This document shows positions 42,175 to 45,072 of a DNA stretch of 45,072 nt, piece after piece. The stretch's first letter is position 1; each line of letters begins with the position of its first letter. Source of the stretch: Candidatus Rokuibacteriota bacterium (GTDB lineage: Bacteria > Methylomirabilota > Methylomirabilia > Rokubacteriales > CSP1-6); contig JACPCX010000180.1 in the NCBI GenBank assembly GCA_016184305.1, forward strand, positions 1-45,072. Direction: 5' to 3'. The notes under the pieces were generated by a model. That model searched no databases. It was not told where the DNA came from and saw nothing but the letters and a program-made list of their open reading frames with translations. Both the position numbers and the translations under genes were made by a program.

Positions 42175-42665
42175 TTGTCGGGAGGCTCTCCGGCTCGCTC
42201 CAGCACCGCGGCGCGCGTGTGTGCGGCCAGACGAAAACCCAATGCATCGAGCTGATCGAGCAGCGGACGAATGCTCGACACCAGGCCCGCGCGTTTCGCG
42301 TCGAGAAGGATGCCCAGAGTCCCCGTCAAGCGCAGCTTCAAGGTTTCGGCCACGCGGCGCGCAACCGCGTCGTCAATCACGACCACCGACTCCGGGCTCT
42401 CCAGACCCAACGCCAGGACCTCGGTTTCGCCCGGGCCGAGATCGGTGACCAACGGAAGAGCGGCAAAGCTCGCCGGCCGCCGCATGGTGATCCAGCTGAA
42501 CGCCACTACATCGGGGACGTTCAGGCCGAGACTTCGCCCCGCCGCCAGCTCGTGAACCACCGCCGGGGGCACGACCACGGTCGTCGCGAGTGGGCGCAGC
42601 ACGCGAACGAGCTCCAGTTGGTGGAGGTACTGCAGCGGCGAGGTGTTGCAGATCAGGTCAGGCAA
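42171..42665 (-). CDS. DUF3368-like PIN domain protein (putative toxin)
   Basis: ICNTSPLQYL, VPPAVVHEL, LGPGETEVL, IDDAVARR, GTLGILLDAK. Confidence 0.88.
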   Translation of the reverse strand: MPDLICNTSPLQYLHQLELVRVLRPLATTVVVPPAVVHELAAGRSLGLNVPDVVAFSWITMRRPASFAALPLVTDLGPGETEVLALGLESPESVVVIDDAVARRVAETLKLRLTGTLGILLDAKRAGLVSSIRPLLDQLDALGFRLAAHTRAAVLERAGEPPDK

Positions 42666-42909
42666 GCCGCGTCTCCCGGTCGAGCTGCTCGCCGGTGAGG
42701 CGGAACGTCTCGACCCCGTAGTCAGCGAGCTTGTTGAGGAACGCGACGCGCGGCAGCCCGGCCAGCTTCGCCGCCGCGCCCGAGGAGAGGCGGCCGAGTT
42801 CGTAGAGCTTGACCGCAGCCGCCAGGCGCAGCTCGGCGCCGACCTGTTCAGGATTCAGCTTGAGCGCCAGGAGCGTTTCGTCAGGAATGCTCAGTGTCAC
42901 TTCGCTCAT
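42658..42909 (-). CDS. UPF0175-family putative antitoxin
   Basis: ELRLAAAVKLYELGRLSSGAAAKLAGLPRVAFL pattern; overlaps the PIN gene. Confidence 0.88.
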   Translation of the reverse strand: MSEVTLSIPDETLLALKLNPEQVGAELRLAAAVKLYELGRLSSGAAAKLAGLPRVAFLNKLADYGVETFRLTGEQLDRETRLA

Positions 42910-42964
42910 GAGTCACCTCGCTGCGACGATTCGTCGCTCGCGCCGATCGTCTCTGTCGCACACG

Positions 42965-44884
42965 TCACTCCTCGTCGATTCCCTTGGTCGAGACCACCTT
43001 GGCGATGCGCAGGAGGCCCGCCGTCTGGAGCGGCAGGATGTTCACCTTGACGCCGTCGTCGATGTCGGGGTCCCAGCCCTTTGGCTGCTCGGCGGCCTTC
43101 TTCCACGGCACGCGGATGGGGAAGCGCCCCTCTTCGAGGGCCTGGAGTTTCTTGTCGAACGCCTGCGCCTCCTCGATGTCCCGCTGGATCTCCAGCGCCT
43201 CATCGGTCCGGTTGGCCTGACGCGCCAGCGCTAGGTCGCGCCCGCGGCGCTCGATGAAGGACCGCACATGGGTCCCGCGCAGCTTGCGTAGGGCGTCCTT
43301 CCGGAACCGGTGGTAGTGGGCGAGCACCGCGAACGCCGGCGTGCCCCCTCCCTCGGGTGCGGAGGCCAGATGCCAGAAGATCGGCCGGCTCTTGTAGAGG
43401 CGGACGTGGTGCTCGAAGTAAGCGTTGGCGAGGAAGTCCCCGATCGACTCAACGCGCCTGTACCCGGGCACTTTCTTTCGTAGCTCGGATGCCAGCTCGC
43501 CCTCGAGGATGTGTGCCCGGTCTTCACTTACGAGCGCCGCGAGCTCCCTGAGGACGCGATCTTCTAACGGCGGCTCGTTGTTGCAGGCAACGAGCGGCAC
43601 GATGCCGTCGTCGTCCCCCTCGACGGTCCCCTTCACGTAGAACGACAGGAGCCGAATGACGTGCTCCACCCGCTTCTGTTCGGCGCTCTTGCCCTCCATC
43701 TGGGGCCAGATGACTTCCGGCGGGCGCGGCCCCAGATCCTTGACAACCACCTCCCGGGTTTCTGGAGAGAGCCCGTAGGCGTCGAAGACCGCCCCATCGA
43801 GCTCGGCATACCAGGCCTGGATCTCTGCGTCCGCCGCGGCCTCGCGGGCGAGCAGTGCGTCAAGCGCCTCGGCGACGGGCCGTTCTGGGCGCTCGCGAAG
43901 CGCGGCCGCCAGCCAGGGCTCCCTGAAGCGCGTTGAGGTCTCGTTTCCCCCGGCCCAAGCCGCCTTGGCGTCGTGGATGTGGCGCGCGAGCGAAGCAATA
44001 TGCTGTCTCGGTTCGGCCCCCGGGCGGGGAATTGGTAGCTTCTGGATGACGCCAACTTCCCACCGCCCTCCCATCTGCTCCCGGGATGTCCGCGCCTTGC
44101 ATAAGTAGAAGACGATTGAACTGTTCAGAACACCGAGAAGATAGTCACTATCGGCAGGATCCTTCGGAAAGATCGCCGGGCCTTTGTGGCCGAAGATGCA
44201 GCCCCCGGGCATCGCCCGCACGTTGAAGACTTTCGCCGCAAGGGGCCACGTTAGACCGGGACGAAGGTACCAACCCACGGACTTGATGATGCGCGACCAG
44301 CCCGAGTTGCCGTATAGCGGGTCGGCCCAAGCCTTAATCTCGGTGCCTTCGTGCTCCCAGTTGACCGCGAGGAAGACATCAGAGTAGAAGGGCGAGTACG
44401 CGCCACCCTTGGCAAAAGGAACCCACTTCCTGTCCCGGCCAAGAGTGCTAGGAAGCACTTCCCACCGATGCCGAACGAATCGCGGATCGTTCGCCGTTGC
44501 CATCCCCTGGCGAGCATCGGCAAGGGCGGGCTGAAGGGCAGCGGCCGTACGGAAGAGGTGCAGGACGGCAGCAGGCAACCAGTACGAAAGCGGCGCGCCT
44601 TCGACAGCGAGCAGGTCCCGGCGCGATATGTCGAATCGGACCCCCTGCGCCTCACCCGCAAGCGCCTTGACGAGCAACTTCTCGCGCGCGTCATCCGCCT
44701 GAGTTAGCCGGAGGAACGCCACACGCGGCTCCTCGAAGACGATCCTGTAGACTTCCTCCGCGCGAGCGTCGGAGATCTCGATGCCCTCCTGGCGCTGGGA
44801 GGCCGCGATCGCCGATAGCATCAGGCGCCTTTTCTTGTCGGGATCCCTCAGGAACGGGTTCTTCTCGCTCAAACGCTTGCCCAT
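42965..44884 (-). CDS. pglX: BREX methyltransferase PglX/BrxX C-terminal half (TRD + C-terminal domain) with N-terminal Fic-antitoxin-like segment
   Basis: FLRL...GAPLSYW, QGMATANDPRFVRHRWEV, KWVPFAKGG, GLTW, LGVLNS, HVRLYKSRPIFWHL, PDIDDGVKVNILPL; no NPPY or SAM-binding motif; GGGGGAG RBS and TGATG coupling. Confidence 0.82.
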   Translation of the reverse strand: MGKRLSEKNPFLRDPDKKRRLMLSAIAASQRQEGIEISDARAEEVYRIVFEEPRVAFLRLTQADDAREKLLVKALAGEAQGVRFDISRRDLLAVEGAPLSYWLPAAVLHLFRTAAALQPALADARQGMATANDPRFVRHRWEVLPSTLGRDRKWVPFAKGGAYSPFYSDVFLAVNWEHEGTEIKAWADPLYGNSGWSRIIKSVGWYLRPGLTWPLAAKVFNVRAMPGGCIFGHKGPAIFPKDPADSDYLLGVLNSSIVFYLCKARTSREQMGGRWEVGVIQKLPIPRPGAEPRQHIASLARHIHDAKAAWAGGNETSTRFREPWLAAALRERPERPVAEALDALLAREAAADAEIQAWYAELDGAVFDAYGLSPETREVVVKDLGPRPPEVIWPQMEGKSAEQKRVEHVIRLLSFYVKGTVEGDDDGIVPLVACNNEPPLEDRVLRELAALVSEDRAHILEGELASELRKKVPGYRRVESIGDFLANAYFEHHVRLYKSRPIFWHLASAPEGGGTPAFAVLAHYHRFRKDALRKLRGTHVRSFIERRGRDLALARQANRTDEALEIQRDIEEAQAFDKKLQALEEGRFPIRVPWKKAAEQPKGWDPDIDDGVKVNILPLQTAGLLRIAKVVSTKGIDEE

Positions 44885-45072
44885 CACGCTCCCCCACGTG
44901 CCAGCGCGGCGTCCAGCCAGCGCCGGAGCAGTGTCGCCAGCGGCCCGTGATTGGCCCGGACTCGCCCTTCCTCGCAGGCGTGGATATAGTCGTTCCCGTC
45001 CCGGTCACGATCCCATTCGGCGATGGGCGGGAGATCGTTCTGAAGGAAGAGCAAGGACCCGACGACGCGCAC
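44884..45072 (-). CDS. 3' end of an ORF resembling the C-terminal helices of a Fic/Doc domain (5' part outside window)
   Basis: VRVVGSLLFLQNDLPPI...DYIHAC...NHGPLATLL fits the segment after HPFxDGNGRxxR; the catalytic motif itself is not visible. Confidence 0.5.
   Translation of the reverse strand: MRVVGSLLFLQNDLPPIAEWDRDRDGNDYIHACEEGRVRANHGPLATLLRRWLDAALARGGA

Overview
High-GC (roughly 70% by eye) bacterial chromosome segment. Gene content and intergenic repeats are reminiscent of Ca. Rokubacteria/Methylomirabilota (inference, unverified). 1-21.3 kb is mostly housekeeping and catabolic genes: purC, fumC, amidohydrolase, transporters, a sigma54 two-component pair, amidase, a VapBC pair, an intein-containing UvrD helicase-nuclease, an aminotransferase and kinases. 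21.5-32.5 kb is a partly low-GC operon that couples a stand-alone FabF-like ketosynthase to paralogous 7TM-GAF-PAS histidine kinases, a His-less pseudokinase and a hybrid kinase. 32.7-37 kb holds a thiolase, ttuA/ttuB, a DinB protein and decayed NUDIX/GNAT/ATPase fragments. 37.5-45 kb is the distal part of a type 1-like BREX locus (pglX C-terminal half, PIN toxin-antitoxin pair, pglZ with one in-frame TGA, brxL). The most striking observation is that pglX appears split: its C-terminal half is a separately translated ORF with an N-terminal Fic-antitoxin-like SxxxEG helix, coupled to an upstream ORF that looks like the end of a Fic domain. All family assignments come from motif recognition by eye; no database searches were run.
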